The notes: generated by a model not told the origin, from the sequence alone. 64,000 bases of DNA from Alkalispirochaeta sp. (GCA_965601925.1 OZ271854.1:1984001-2048000); one strand, 5' to 3'; shown: positions 10,319-21,473, numbered from the stretch's first letter. Translations and numbers: made by a program.

Positions 10319-12079
10319 ATGACAAAACGACTACGTCTGTTCATCGTTCTGGTCCTCGTCGCCTTTGGTGTCGCCGCATTTTTGCCGACACTACGTTGGT
10401 ATTTTCTCATACCCGAGGATCAGCAAACACTCGCCCAAAGTTCGAGAACCGAGATTCGAGACTGGGCGGACGATCAAGCTCGCGAGGCGCTGCGCGATCT
10501 GCGCGTCGCCGCCGCCGGGGACGAAGAGGTTCCCGAAGAGTACGCGTTTCTCATTGAGATCGCGCGAGATAACCTCGAGCTGTTGCACGAGTTGAACGTG
10601 CGTGAGGGGGACATCCCCGATACGCTTCGCGCCGCCGATGTGTTGGGAAGTTTTCGCGACGAGGGTGAAGCGGCCGACGCGCTCGAGACGTACTATCGCG
10701 ACGACGCGCTGGCGCTTAAGGATATGCGGGAGCGGATCATTCAGCTCGGTCTGGACCTGTCGGGCGGCATAAGCGTCACCTTGGAGGCCGACCGAGACAG
10801 CCTTGCCGAGCGTCTGGGAACGGCGCCTACGGCCGTACAGGTTTCGGAGGCGATTGAGCTCGCCGTCGGCATCATCCGCAATCGTATCGACCGCTTCGGC
10901 GTGACCGAACCGCAGATTCGCACGAGCGACAACGATCGTATCGTAATCGATATTCCCGGCGACGACGATCGCGAACGAGTCAACTCGTTCCTCCTCGGAC
11001 GGGGAAGTCTCAACTTCCGGATCGTCAACAACGACATCACCGATCGGCTTTTGGAGTATCAGAACTCCTTTCCGTTCCAGAACGGCGGTCGCGAATGGAA
11101 TCCGGAAATCGACGGTGTGCCCGAGTTCGTGCCGGCCGGATCGACGGTATCCGAGTACGTAGTACGGGACGAATACGGTATCGATGCCCCGGTACACTGG
11201 ATCGTCATTTACGACGACATCGATCAGTTCGGGCTGGACGGATCGCATATCAGGGATGCGCAGGTCGCCCGCGATCCTTTGACCAATCGCCCGACGGTAA
11301 ACTTCGTCCTGGACGCCGAAGGCGCGGACCGCTTTGCCGCGCTCACTCGGGATAATACCGGTACCTCCTTGGCGATCGTCATGGACGACAGGGTCCGGGC
11401 GTATGCGCGTATTCAAGAGGAGATTCCGACCGGTCAGGTGCGTATCACCGGCTTCAGCGAGGAGGAGGCGCAGAACATAGCGCTCGTACTCCGAACGGCC
11501 GCCCTGCCCATCGACTTGGATGTCGTCAATCAGCAGGTTGTCGGCGCATCTCTCGGTGAGACGGCAATTCAAGTGGGGTTGCGGTCGATCGCCCTCGGAT
11601 TTGCATTGATCATCCTATTCATGGCGGTGTACTACAAGGGCGCCGGCATCGTGGCGGATGTCGCGCTCATACTTAATCTGTTCTTCATCGTGTCGATCCT
11701 ATCGGCGTTCAATCTGACGCTGACACTGACCAGTATCGCCGGTATCATTCTCACGGTCGGTATGGCGGTCGACGCCAACGTAATCATTTTTGAGCGCATA
11801 AAAGAGGAGTACCGCCTCGGGAAGGGCGCCCGCGCTTCGGTAAAGGCGGGATTCCAGAAGGCGTTTTGGACGATCATGGATGCCAACATTACGACGTTTA
11901 TCGCCGCCATCTTTCTCTCTCAGTTGGGGACCGGTCCGATCCAAGGATTCGCCGTGACCCTCGCCGTCGGTATCGTCTCGTCGATGTTTACCGCTTTGGT
12001 GGTGACGCGGTTGTTCTTTGACTTCAGCACCGATGCGTTGAAACGCACCAAGCTGAGCATCATGTGGAGGAGTGCATGA
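10319..12079 (+). CDS. secD: Protein translocase subunit SecD
   Basis: LGLDLSGG, RNRIDRFGVTEP, GMAVDANVIIFERIKEE, DANITT. Confidence 0.97.
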   Translation: MTKRLRLFIVLVLVAFGVAAFLPTLRWYFLIPEDQQTLAQSSRTEIRDWADDQAREALRDLRVAAAGDEEVPEEYAFLIEIARDNLELLHELNVREGDIPDTLRAADVLGSFRDEGEAADALETYYRDDALALKDMRERIIQLGLDLSGGISVTLEADRDSLAERLGTAPTAVQVSEAIELAVGIIRNRIDRFGVTEPQIRTSDNDRIVIDIPGDDDRERVNSFLLGRGSLNFRIVNNDITDRLLEYQNSFPFQNGGREWNPEIDGVPEFVPAGSTVSEYVVRDEYGIDAPVHWIVIYDDIDQFGLDGSHIRDAQVARDPLTNRPTVNFVLDAEGADRFAALTRDNTGTSLAIVMDDRVRAYARIQEEIPTGQVRITGFSEEEAQNIALVLRTAALPIDLDVVNQQVVGASLGETAIQVGLRSIALGFALIILFMAVYYKGAGIVADVALILNLFFIVSILSAFNLTLTLTSIAGIILTVGMAVDANVIIFERIKEEYRLGKGARASVKAGFQKAFWTIMDANITTFIAAIFLSQLGTGPIQGFAVTLAVGIVSSMFTALVVTRLFFDFSTDALKRTKLSIMWRSA

Positions 12080-13158
12080 AACGCGTATTCGATTTCATGA
12101 AGACTCGCACGTTGATGTTCGTCGTTTCCGCCGTCGTAATTGTCGGCGGTATCGTCGGCACAGTCGTCCAGGGCGGATTTAACCTGGGTATCGATTTCCA
12201 GCCGGGCCTCAACCTTACCGTAGAGGTCGACGCGCGCGAGGATCTCGATATCGAGGCGATTCGTTCGGCGCTCGTAGACTACGAAGGTGCGCAGATCCAG
12301 CGTCTGGGCGATGCCGCCGCCGACCGATTCGTCATTCGTATTCGCGACGACGGCTCGATCGACGACTTCGCCGTTACGATATCTCGGACGGTGCTCGATG
12401 ATTTGCGGAGCGAGTTCGACGGTGCGACCGTTACCGAACTCGAAAATGCCTATGTAGGGCCGCGTTTTTCCCGCGATCTGACGCAGCAGGCGGTGTTCCT
12501 CACCGTATTCGCCCTCGTGTTGATTTTGGCGTATCTGTGGTTTCGGTTTCGGTTCGGGTATGCCGTGGCGTCGATCTCCGCCCTCGTGCACGATGTTTTG
12601 GTAATCCTCGGCGTGATCGGGACCTTTCAACTCGAGGTATCCATCGCGACGATCGCCGCAGTCCTTACGATCATCGGGTACTCGCTCAACGATACGATCG
12701 TCATTTTCGATCGCATCCGCGAGAACGAGACGCTTATCCGCGAGAATCCGTTCCGATCGATCGTTAATATCAGTATCTCGCAGAGTCTCAGTAGGACGCT
12801 CATCACATCGCTCACGACGTTGCTCGCCGTGCTGGCGATTTTCATCTTCAGCACCGGACAGATTCAGTTGTTCGCCTTGAAGTTAATGATCGGTGTCGTA
12901 GTGGGTACCTATTCCTCGGTCTTCGTCGCATCTCCCGTACTCATGGCGTGGAGCGCCTCGGAGACGACGCGGCGTAAGCGCAAAGATATGGAGAAGTTTC
13001 ACAAGGGCGCCGTCGCGCGTCCGTCGGGAAACGGCTCCGAGAGCGCTTCGCCTCAGGAAGAGGTTGCGCAGGCGACTACCGGTATCGCCGAGGTCGAAGC
13101 GGCGAAGCGCGAAGTCGTTATGCAGCGAAGCAAAAAGAAGAACCGAAAGTCGCGTTAG
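12076..13158 (+). CDS. secF: Protein translocase subunit SecF
   Basis: GIDF, VGP and GYSLNDTIVIFDRIRE motifs. ATGA overlap with secD. Confidence 0.96.
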   Translation: MKRVFDFMKTRTLMFVVSAVVIVGGIVGTVVQGGFNLGIDFQPGLNLTVEVDAREDLDIEAIRSALVDYEGAQIQRLGDAAADRFVIRIRDDGSIDDFAVTISRTVLDDLRSEFDGATVTELENAYVGPRFSRDLTQQAVFLTVFALVLILAYLWFRFRFGYAVASISALVHDVLVILGVIGTFQLEVSIATIAAVLTIIGYSLNDTIVIFDRIRENETLIRENPFRSIVNISISQSLSRTLITSLTTLLAVLAIFIFSTGQIQLFALKLMIGVVVGTYSSVFVASPVLMAWSASETTRRKRKDMEKFHKGAVARPSGNGSESASPQEEVAQATTGIAEVEAAKREVVMQRSKKKNRKSR

Positions 13159-13168
13159 AGACTATGCG

Positions 13169-13199
13169 AAAGGCCGCCGACATCCGGCGGCCTTTTTTT
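13169..13199 (+). terminator. Intrinsic terminator after secF
   Basis: AAAGGCCGCCG-loop-CGGCGGCCTTT followed by a T run. Confidence 0.85.
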
Positions 13200-13221
13200 A
13201 TGAACCATGGGAGTGTGCGAT

Positions 13222-14061
13222 ATGGCGATGAAGGAGCGGTTGGTCCATCCTCAGGCGGGAGATTTGCGGGAGCGCCTGTCACATCTCAAGGGTGTTATCT
13301 CGGACATGGACGGTGTCATCTATCACGGAAATCGACTGTTACCCGGCGTGCGGGAGTTCGTCCAATGGTTGATCGATAGCGATAAGGCGTTTCTGTTTCT
13401 TACCAACTCCAGCGAGCGCAGCAGACGCGAACTTCAGGAAAAGCTCCGCCGCCTCGGCGTCGACGTACCGTTGGAGAATTTCTATACGAGCGCGCTCGCG
13501 ACCGCCGGGTTTCTCGCCGCCCAAAGACCGGGCGGTAGCGCCTATGTGGTGGGGGAAGCGGGGTTAATCAACGCCCTGTACGACGTCGGTTTTTCCATGA
13601 ATGATATCGACCCGGATTACGTGGTGATCGGGGAGACGCGAAGCTACAGCTTCGAGAAGATCGAGAAAGCGGTCAATCTGGTGCGCCGCGGCGCCAAGTT
13701 GATCGGCACCAACCCCGACCTTACCGGTCCCGTGGAGTCCGGAGTCATCCCGGCGTGCGGAGCACTAATTCGTCCCATCGAGTTGGCGACCGGTGTCGAG
13801 CCGTATTTCGTCGGCAAGCCCAATCCGCTCATGATGCGACAGGCGTTGAGGCGTATCGAGTGCCGCCGTGAGGAGACGCTCATCATCGGTGACCGTATGG
13901 ATACCGACATCATCGCCGGGTTGGAGTCGGAGATTACGACGCTTTTGGTCCTCTCCGGCGTGACCGACGAGGAAGAGATGGAGCGGTTCGCCTACCGACC
14001 GCACTTCGTCCTCGAGAACGTTTCGCGCATACCGGCACTGGCCGCCGGCGAGGCGACGTGA
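13222..14061 (+). CDS. HAD-IIA family hydrolase (NagD-like)
   Basis: DMDGVI, LTNSS, TNPD, GKPN and IGDRMDTDI motifs. Confidence 0.9.
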   Translation: MAMKERLVHPQAGDLRERLSHLKGVISDMDGVIYHGNRLLPGVREFVQWLIDSDKAFLFLTNSSERSRRELQEKLRRLGVDVPLENFYTSALATAGFLAAQRPGGSAYVVGEAGLINALYDVGFSMNDIDPDYVVIGETRSYSFEKIEKAVNLVRRGAKLIGTNPDLTGPVESGVIPACGALIRPIELATGVEPYFVGKPNPLMMRQALRRIECRREETLIIGDRMDTDIIAGLESEITTLLVLSGVTDEEEMERFAYRPHFVLENVSRIPALAAGEAT

Positions 14062-14897
14062 GTACGGCGACGGGAACGGTAGAGGCGGGCGGCATTTTTT
14101 GGCGATGGATCGCCGACGGGGCGACCGGTCGCGCGCCCCGTAGTCCTCTCGTCGTTCTGCACGGTCTGTTCGGCTCAGGTGACAATTGGCGCTCGCAAGC
14201 GCAGTCCTTTGCCGAGGGGCGGATCGTGTTGGTGCCCGATATGCCGAATCACGGTCTGTCGCGCCATACCGATCGCGCGACCTACTCCGAGGTTGCCGAC
14301 ATGGTGTGGAACGCCCTCGAATCGCCGGAGCTCGTAGCGGCGCTTCCCGACGGCCCGACCGAACGCTTTACGTTACTCGGCCACTCCATGGGCGGCAAGG
14401 CGGCCATGGCGATGGCGTTTACGAGACCCCATGCGGTGGAGCGACTGATAGTCGCGGATATTGCGCCGCGCCGCTACGATCCGACTCATGAAGACATTTT
14501 TCGCGCCATGGCGGCGGTAGCCGCCGATGAGGTTACCGGTCGCGGGGACGCCGATCGGATCATGAAGCCTTTTGTTCCCGAGAAGGCGGTGCGAATGTTT
14601 CTCCTCAAGAGTTTCGTGCCCGACGGGAATGGACGATATCGGTGGCGGCTTAACGTATCGGGACTCCGGCGTGGGTACGCCGATATCATCGATTGGCCGT
14701 ACGTCGATGAGCGCTACGACGGACCGGTGCGCTTCATCGCCGGTGGACGGTCCCACTACATCGAGCCCGCCGACGTGGAGGCGATTGAGCGACACTTTCC
14801 CGATAACGAGATCGAAACCATCGCCGAGGCGGGTCATTGGTTGCATGCCGAGGTGCGAGACGTCTTCATCGGAATAGTTCGCAGGTACATTTCGTAG
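14058..14897 (+). CDS. Alpha/beta hydrolase (YbfF-like esterase)
   Basis: LHGLFGSGDNW, GHSMGGK, ADIAP and AGHWLHAE. Confidence 0.9.
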   Translation: MSTATGTVEAGGIFWRWIADGATGRAPRSPLVVLHGLFGSGDNWRSQAQSFAEGRIVLVPDMPNHGLSRHTDRATYSEVADMVWNALESPELVAALPDGPTERFTLLGHSMGGKAAMAMAFTRPHAVERLIVADIAPRRYDPTHEDIFRAMAAVAADEVTGRGDADRIMKPFVPEKAVRMFLLKSFVPDGNGRYRWRLNVSGLRRGYADIIDWPYVDERYDGPVRFIAGGRSHYIEPADVEAIERHFPDNEIETIAEAGHWLHAEVRDVFIGIVRRYIS

Positions 14898-14912
14898 TAT
14901 ACTTCCGTCGTA

Positions 14913-17066
14913 GTGGAACAATCGATGATTCGGGTTTCCCCGGGAAAGCCGTATCCGCTTGGCGCTACCCCGACACCCGGCCGTGTGCACTTCGGTTTGG
15001 TTAGTCGGAACGCAACGCGGGTGTGGTTACAAATTTATGACGAACCCGAGGCCGCCTTTCCCGTGCACGAGTTTGAGCTCTCGCCCGATCGATATCGCAC
15101 CGGTGACGTGTGGCATATCGAGGTCGAGGGGATCGGACCGGGCGCTCTCTATATGTTCCGGGTCGACGGACCGTTTGCTCCCGAAAAGGGTTTACGGTTC
15201 AATGCCGATCGGCCGTTGCTGGATCCATATGCGAAGGCGTTAACCGGCAACTTTCGCTGGGATCTCGTGAATGCTTTGGCATACAACCGCGAGGCGCCCG
15301 AGCGCGATCTCAGCCTACGGACCGTCGAGGGCGCCGCCGGAATGCCCAAATGTATCGTGGTGGACGACGCCTTCGACTGGCAGGGCGACCGTCCGCTCAA
15401 CTACCCTCTTCGCAAGAGCGTGATCTACGAGGCGCACGTTCGTGGTCTGTCGCGCCACCGAAGTGCCGAGGTCGAACATCCGGGTACGTATCGCGGCGTC
15501 ATCGAGATGATACCGTACCTCAAGGAGCTCGGTATCACCAGCATTGAGTTTCTCCCCGTTCAGGAGTTCGACGAGTTCGAGTACGAGCGGATTAGCCCGT
15601 CCACCGGCGAGCGAGTGGAGAACTACTGGGGATACAGCACTATCGCCTTTTTCGCCCCCAAGGCAAGTTATGCCGCCGACGGCGGGCTTGGGGAGCAAGT
15701 CGTCGAGTTCAAGGAGATGGTACGCGAACTCCACCGGGCCGGTATTGAGGTGATCCTGGACGTGGTGTTCAACCACAGCGGTGAAGGTAACGAGCTGGGC
15801 CCGACCCTCAGCTTTCGAGGGATCGACAATACCACCTACTACATGCTGGACGACAATCCGCGCTACTACAGGAACTTCTCCGGGACCGGCAATACGATGA
15901 ACTGTAACAACGCGGTCATGCGTACCTTGATTACCGAGTGTCTGCACTATTGGGTCGTGGATATGCATGTCGACGGGTTCCGGTTCGACTTGGGAAGTAT
16001 TCTCGGGCGCGACGAGCGCGGAAATCTCCTGGACAACCCACCGATTCTGGAACGTATCGCACAGGATCCGATCTTACGCGATACGAAGATTATCGCGGAG
16101 GCGTGGGACGCCGGTGGAGCTTATCAAGTCGGCGAGTTTCCTGATCGGTGGGCGGAATGGAACGATCGTTTCCGTGACGATGTGAGACGTTTTTGGCGCG
16201 GCGACCGCAACACGGTGGGGTCTCTCGCCACCCGGTTTGCCGGGAGCTCCGATCTGTACCACGCCGGAGGACGCAAACCGTTTCACAGCATCAACTTCAT
16301 CACCTCTCACGACGGATTTACCCTGCGCGATTTGGTGAGCTACAACCGCAAGCACAACGAGGCCAACGGAGAGGGGAACCGGGACGGACACAACTCCAAC
16401 TTCAGTTTCAACTACGGAGCGGAGGGAGAGACGGACGATCCCGATGTTCGGAACGCGCGCGTCAGACAGATGAAGAACTTTCTCGCTACGCTCCTTCTGT
16501 CACTCGGCACACCGATGCTCCTTGCCGGCGACGAGTTCGCCCGCACGCAGGGCGGCAACAATAATGCGTACTGCCAGAACAACGAAACCAGTTGGAACGA
16601 CTATGACCTCGGCGTGGAGTACTCGGAGATATTCCGTTTTACCAGAATGCTCATCTCTCTCAGGAAGGACCATCCGATTTTCACGCGTCCGGAGTTCTAC
16701 ACCGGTCGCGACAATAACCGCAACCGTCGGCCCGACATTCAGTGGTTTGACGCCGACGGGAGTCTGTTCGATTGGAACTCCGAGAGTTACACCCTTGCGG
16801 TCTATATCGACGGCACCGAAGTGAAGAGGCGAGACGGACGCAGCGACGACGACTTTTTCATCATGTTTAACGCCGCGAAGGAGAAGCGTTCCTTCGTTGT
16901 GCCGACGTTGCCGGCCGGTGCTACATGGGTTAAGACGGTCGATACCGCCTCCGAAACACCGCACGATTTTCGTGAGCCCGGGTGGGAGATCGACTTACAA
17001 CGGCCCGATACGATTTCGTTGGCGGCGCGCTCCCTGGTCGTCTTACATACCCGCCGTCCTTCCTAA
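14913..17066 (+). CDS. glgX: Glycogen debranching enzyme (GH13)
   Basis: PYPLGAT, NYWGYST, DVVFNH, DGFRFDL, AEAWD, SHDGFTL, QGGNNNAYCQ. Confidence 0.95.
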   Translation: MEQSMIRVSPGKPYPLGATPTPGRVHFGLVSRNATRVWLQIYDEPEAAFPVHEFELSPDRYRTGDVWHIEVEGIGPGALYMFRVDGPFAPEKGLRFNADRPLLDPYAKALTGNFRWDLVNALAYNREAPERDLSLRTVEGAAGMPKCIVVDDAFDWQGDRPLNYPLRKSVIYEAHVRGLSRHRSAEVEHPGTYRGVIEMIPYLKELGITSIEFLPVQEFDEFEYERISPSTGERVENYWGYSTIAFFAPKASYAADGGLGEQVVEFKEMVRELHRAGIEVILDVVFNHSGEGNELGPTLSFRGIDNTTYYMLDDNPRYYRNFSGTGNTMNCNNAVMRTLITECLHYWVVDMHVDGFRFDLGSILGRDERGNLLDNPPILERIAQDPILRDTKIIAEAWDAGGAYQVGEFPDRWAEWNDRFRDDVRRFWRGDRNTVGSLATRFAGSSDLYHAGGRKPFHSINFITSHDGFTLRDLVSYNRKHNEANGEGNRDGHNSNFSFNYGAEGETDDPDVRNARVRQMKNFLATLLLSLGTPMLLAGDEFARTQGGNNNAYCQNNETSWNDYDLGVEYSEIFRFTRMLISLRKDHPIFTRPEFYTGRDNNRNRRPDIQWFDADGSLFDWNSESYTLAVYIDGTEVKRRDGRSDDDFFIMFNAAKEKRSFVVPTLPAGATWVKTVDTASETPHDFREPGWEIDLQRPDTISLAARSLVVLHTRRPS

Positions 17067-17110
17067 GTACGTGCGCCGCACGTAGCGTGCGCACGCCACT
17101 CTTCGCTCGC

Positions 17111-17139
17111 TTGACATCTGCTGCGGACAATGGTACCCC
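17111..17139 (+). promoter_or_regulatory. Sigma70-type promoter of thrS
   Basis: TTGACA-17-TACCCT with an extended TG. Confidence 0.6.
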
Positions 17140-17219
17140 TACCAGATCCGTCATCCGTTTGTACCCCTTTGCGTCCGCTTCGACGGTGCCGATCGGTGGC
17201 GTTTTTTGGAGGTATCCCG

Positions 17220-18968
17220 ATGTCCCAGACTCTTACGCGCGAAGAACGACTGTATCGTATCAGGCACACCACCGCGCACGTCATGGCCGAGGCGGTGTTG
17301 CAGATGTTTCCCGACGCCAGAATCGCAATCGGCCCACCGATCGAGAATGGTTTTTACTACGACTTTGAGCTCCCGCGGAGCCTCAAGGCGGACGACTTGG
17401 AGACGATCGAAGCCAAGATGCGGGAGATCGTCGCCGGCGATCACGCCTTGGTGCGCGAGGTAGTCGGCAAGGAGAGAGCCCGCGAGCTCTTCGCCGATCA
17501 GCCGTACAAGATTGAGTTGATCGACGACCTTCCCGACGACGTGGAAGTTTCGACGTATACCGTCGATACCTTTGTCGATCTATGTAAAGGGCCCCATGTC
17601 GAGAGCACCAAGGAGATTCATCCGAAGTCGTTTAAGCTGTTGAACATCGCCGGGGCGTACTGGAGAGGCGACGAGAAGCGCCCGATGCTCCAGCGCATCT
17701 ACGGCACCGCGTGGGAGACGCCCAAGGAGCTCCGGGAGTACCTCAACCGGCTGGCGGAGATCGAAAAACGGGACCACCGGAAGCTCGGCCGCGAGCTCGA
17801 TCTCTTTTCGACGCACGAGGAGGCGGGCGCCGGATTGATCTACTGGCATCCCAAGGGTGCGCGCATCCGCGGCGCCATCGAGGATTTCTGGCGCGACCAG
17901 CACCGTCTGGGCGGTTACGAGCTCCTCTATACGCCACACGTCGGAAAGAGTTGGCTCTGGGAGACGTCGGGTCACTTGGACTTTTACGGCGAGAACATGT
18001 ACTCACCGATGGAACTCGATAACGCGGATTACTACGCTAAGCCGATGAACTGTCCCTTTCACATCATGATCTACAAGACCGACAAGCGTAGTTATCGCGA
18101 TCTCCCGCTCAGATGGGGCGAGCTCGGCACCGTCTATCGCTACGAGCGCTCGGGAGTGTTACACGGTCTGTTGCGCGTCCGCGGATTCACCCAGGACGAT
18201 GCGCATATCTTTTGCACCCCCGATCAAACCGAGGATGAGATTCTCGAGGTTCTCCGCTTCTCAATGCGCATGTGGCATGCGTTCGGTTTCGATCAGATCA
18301 AGGCGTACCTGTCCACTCGTCCCGAAAAGTCGGTCGGCGAACAGGCGGACTGGGATCGCGCGACCGAGAGTTTGCGCAAGGCGTTGAAGGCCGAAGGTAT
18401 GGAGTACGAGGTCGACGAAGGGGGTGGGGCGTTCTACGGCCCCAAGATCGATCTCAAGGTTCGTGACGCCCTCGGTCGCGAGTGGCAGATGACGACGATT
18501 CAGTTCGATTTCAACCTTCCCGAGCGTTTCGATATGACCTTCGTCGATACCGACGGCACGGAGAAGCGTCCGTACATGGTGCATCGCGCACTGTTGGGCT
18601 CGCTGGAGCGGTTCTTCGGCGTGCTTATCGAGCATTACGGAGGAGCCTTTCCCGTCTGGTTGGCGCCGGTGCAGGCGGTGGTCGTGCCGGTGGCGCCGGC
18701 CTTTGACGAGTACGCCGCCACGGTCGCGACGAGGCTCTTTGAGGCGGGATACCGCGTCGAGGCGGACCTCTCGGACAATCGTATGAACGCCAAAATCCGT
18801 CTCGCCCAGACGCAGAAAGTGCCGTATATGCTGGTCGTCGGCGAGAAGGAAGAGAGCGCCGATCAGGTGAGTCCGCGTACGCGCACCGGCGACCGACTGG
18901 ACGCGATGTCAGTCGACGCATTTGCACGTCTTATGGCGGAGAAGGTCTCCGCAAAAGAGTCCGTTTAA
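17220..18968 (+). CDS. thrS: Threonyl-tRNA synthetase (short form lacking the N-terminal TGS domain)
   Basis: RHTTAH, DLCKGPH, AGAYWRGD, RDHRKLG, KPMNCP, GAFYGPKID. SD GGAGG. Confidence 0.97.
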   Translation: MSQTLTREERLYRIRHTTAHVMAEAVLQMFPDARIAIGPPIENGFYYDFELPRSLKADDLETIEAKMREIVAGDHALVREVVGKERARELFADQPYKIELIDDLPDDVEVSTYTVDTFVDLCKGPHVESTKEIHPKSFKLLNIAGAYWRGDEKRPMLQRIYGTAWETPKELREYLNRLAEIEKRDHRKLGRELDLFSTHEEAGAGLIYWHPKGARIRGAIEDFWRDQHRLGGYELLYTPHVGKSWLWETSGHLDFYGENMYSPMELDNADYYAKPMNCPFHIMIYKTDKRSYRDLPLRWGELGTVYRYERSGVLHGLLRVRGFTQDDAHIFCTPDQTEDEILEVLRFSMRMWHAFGFDQIKAYLSTRPEKSVGEQADWDRATESLRKALKAEGMEYEVDEGGGAFYGPKIDLKVRDALGREWQMTTIQFDFNLPERFDMTFVDTDGTEKRPYMVHRALLGSLERFFGVLIEHYGGAFPVWLAPVQAVVVPVAPAFDEYAATVATRLFEAGYRVEADLSDNRMNAKIRLAQTQKVPYMLVVGEKEESADQVSPRTRTGDRLDAMSVDAFARLMAEKVSAKESV

Positions 18969-18981
18969 AGGAGTCGACCGC

Positions 18982-20514
18982 ATGAGCAATCTCGAACAGA
19001 CGCTCGTGGAGTTGAAGGCCCTCGACAAAGAGGCGCATCTGTTGGAGCACATCTCCGCGGCGATGAGCTGGGACCAGGAGACGTACATGCCCTCTCGCGC
19101 CGTCGATGAGCGCGCCGAACAGGTTGCGCTCCTGCAGAGTCTGATTCACGAGCGCACTATCGCCCCCCGCGTCGGCGAGCTTCTGGCCGCCGCCGGTGCC
19201 GACCCTTCGAGCGAAGACGACGAGGTTTCCGTCGCCGGGCTCGGTGAAGTCGACAACGCCTTTCTTCGCGAAAAGCGGCGGCAGTATCGTTTGGCGACCC
19301 GTCTACCCACCCGATTGGTGCGGGAGCTCGCCGAGACCGGCAGCCGCGGGCAAAATGCGTGGGCCGGCGCGCGCAAAGCTGACGATTACGAGCAGTTCAA
19401 ACCGTGGTTGCAGAAACTGATCGCCCTCAATCGCGAGATGGCCGACGCTCTCGGATACGAGGCGTGCCGATACGACGCACTCTTGGACCAGTACGAGCCG
19501 TACGCCCGCACCGCCGAGGTCGCCGACGTGTTTGCCGGCGTTCGCCAAGGGCTGGTGGAACTCGTGCGCAAGATCGGTGAGGCCGACCAAGTCGACGACT
19601 CCTTCTTCGATACACAGTTCGCCGAGGCGAAGCAGGATGAGTTCGGCCGCATGGTGATGACCTCGCTCGGGTACGAGACGAGCCGCGGTCGCCTGGACAA
19701 GAGCGCACATCCGTTTACCACAATGCTCGGCGGAGACGATATTCGCATTACGACTCGTTACGACGAATTGTTATTCGCCTCGGGGCTTTTCTCCACGATT
19801 CATGAGACCGGGCACGCCCTCTATGAACTTGGCGTCGATCCGGCGTTGCACGGAACGCTTCTTGCCGAGGGAACGAGTCTCGGTGTTCACGAGTCTCAAA
19901 GCAGGATGTGGGAAAACATGATCGGTCGTAGTCGTCATTTCTGGGACCATTGGCTCCCGACGGTGCGGAAACTCTTTCCCACCGAGCTCGCCTCGGTGGG
20001 CTTGGACGACTTCTATCGTGCGATCAATAAGGTCGAGCCCTCGTTTATCAGGGTGGAGGCCGACGAGGTAACCTACGGGCTGCACATTATCCTGCGGTTT
20101 GAACTGGAGCAGGCGCTTATCGACGATGAGCTCTCGGTAGACGAGTTGCCCGGTGCCTGGAACGAGAAGATGCGGGAACTATTGGGAATCACGCCCGCGA
20201 CCGACGCCGAAGGGGTATTGCAGGATGTGCATTGGTCCTTCGGAGCCTTCGGATACTTTCCGACGTACGCTCTGGGCAATCTCTACGCCGCGCAGTTTTT
20301 CTCGGTTATGCAACGGGAGATACCCGATATGTGGAAGCGGGTAGCGGAGGGTGCGACCGGGCCCATTCTCGACTGGCTGAGAGAACGTATCCATCGTCAC
20401 GGTAAGGTACGCTCCGCCGGGCGGCTCGTCAGGGAGATCAGTGGACAGGATCTGAATCCGCGCTTCTTTCTGGATTATCTCAACGACAAATACGGCGCGT
20501 TATACGGGTTTTGA
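18982..20514 (+). CDS. Carboxypeptidase, M32 family
   Basis: SWDQETYMP, HPF, IHETGHALYE, HESQSR, IRVEADE, QDVHW, GYFPTY. Confidence 0.95.
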   Translation: MSNLEQTLVELKALDKEAHLLEHISAAMSWDQETYMPSRAVDERAEQVALLQSLIHERTIAPRVGELLAAAGADPSSEDDEVSVAGLGEVDNAFLREKRRQYRLATRLPTRLVRELAETGSRGQNAWAGARKADDYEQFKPWLQKLIALNREMADALGYEACRYDALLDQYEPYARTAEVADVFAGVRQGLVELVRKIGEADQVDDSFFDTQFAEAKQDEFGRMVMTSLGYETSRGRLDKSAHPFTTMLGGDDIRITTRYDELLFASGLFSTIHETGHALYELGVDPALHGTLLAEGTSLGVHESQSRMWENMIGRSRHFWDHWLPTVRKLFPTELASVGLDDFYRAINKVEPSFIRVEADEVTYGLHIILRFELEQALIDDELSVDELPGAWNEKMRELLGITPATDAEGVLQDVHWSFGAFGYFPTYALGNLYAAQFFSVMQREIPDMWKRVAEGATGPILDWLRERIHRHGKVRSAGRLVREISGQDLNPRFFLDYLNDKYGALYGF

Positions 20515-21473
20515 ATGAGTGGATCGGTCTCGTCGTCGCCTACGTTACGACGAGACCCTTTTTTCTCATCTTCCTCGCCGGCGGGGCTTTGGGAGTCGCG
20601 GTGCGCTTCGCCGTACCGTGGCCCCGATGGAACCGCGGTCCCCTCGTGACGCGAAAACGGCGCAACGCAGTCCTGCCCCTCGCCCTCGCATCGGCGCTGG
20701 TGCTGTCGGGCGGCGCAATGCTCCTGAATCCATTTGAGGTACTCGCGTGGTGGTGGGGCGGTGTCGCTTTGATGTTCGCCTCGGGATTGCTCGTCTGGGC
20801 GACGTTCGCCGCGCGCGGACTCCTGCGGACGATCGCGTTCATGACGTGCATCTTGCCGCTGGTATACGGATTCGCGCTGTGGGCACCGATCGAACGTGCC
20901 GAGGTACGCTTTTCGCGCAATGTCGACGATTCGATCCACGTCGTTCTCGCCTCTACGGACGAGGTGCCGGGCGGCGTGCTCCCGGACGGTCGATCGCATC
21001 CCCTTACGGTGGGGCTCCTACGCATCGATTTATCGGAGGGTTCCGACGGCGGAAGGTTGGATGTGCGTTTCGCCCCGGTCCTGCCCCTCGAGGGTGCCCC
21101 GGATGATATGGACCGACGCCGTCTCTCCGATCCGCCCGACGCCGGAGTGGGTGGTGTGTGGTCGCAGCCCCTGCATCTCGCCGTGGATCAATCCATCACC
21201 ATACGAGTCACTACGCGGCGGAATCCGCCGCCATTGTGGTGGTTTCCTCCCCCGGGAAGGGTTGTGACCGTTGCCGTAACGGCGTCCGGGAGCGATAGGG
21301 CGGATATTTTGTATCGACGCAGGAGTTCACCGATACCGGTGTGGTCGGATCCGCGAACCTATCCTCGCCGAGGATTCGGCGACCGAAACGCGGAGACGGA
21401 GTGGCCGGTAGACGGGGCGGGGTATCTCCAGCCCGGCTTCTATACGCTCTCGGTCGTAGGCGAAAACGAGTAG
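20511..21473 (+). CDS. Hypothetical membrane protein
   Basis: About 4 N-terminal hydrophobic segments. ATGA overlap with the upstream gene. Confidence 0.65.
   Translation: MNEWIGLVVAYVTTRPFFLIFLAGGALGVAVRFAVPWPRWNRGPLVTRKRRNAVLPLALASALVLSGGAMLLNPFEVLAWWWGGVALMFASGLLVWATFAARGLLRTIAFMTCILPLVYGFALWAPIERAEVRFSRNVDDSIHVVLASTDEVPGGVLPDGRSHPLTVGLLRIDLSEGSDGGRLDVRFAPVLPLEGAPDDMDRRRLSDPPDAGVGGVWSQPLHLAVDQSITIRVTTRRNPPPLWWFPPPGRVVTVAVTASGSDRADILYRRRSSPIPVWSDPRTYPRRGFGDRNAETEWPVDGAGYLQPGFYTLSVVGENE

Noticed and set aside
17140..17219. T-box or attenuator in the thrS leader
   Set aside because: The leader is only about 75 nt and has no T-box consensus.
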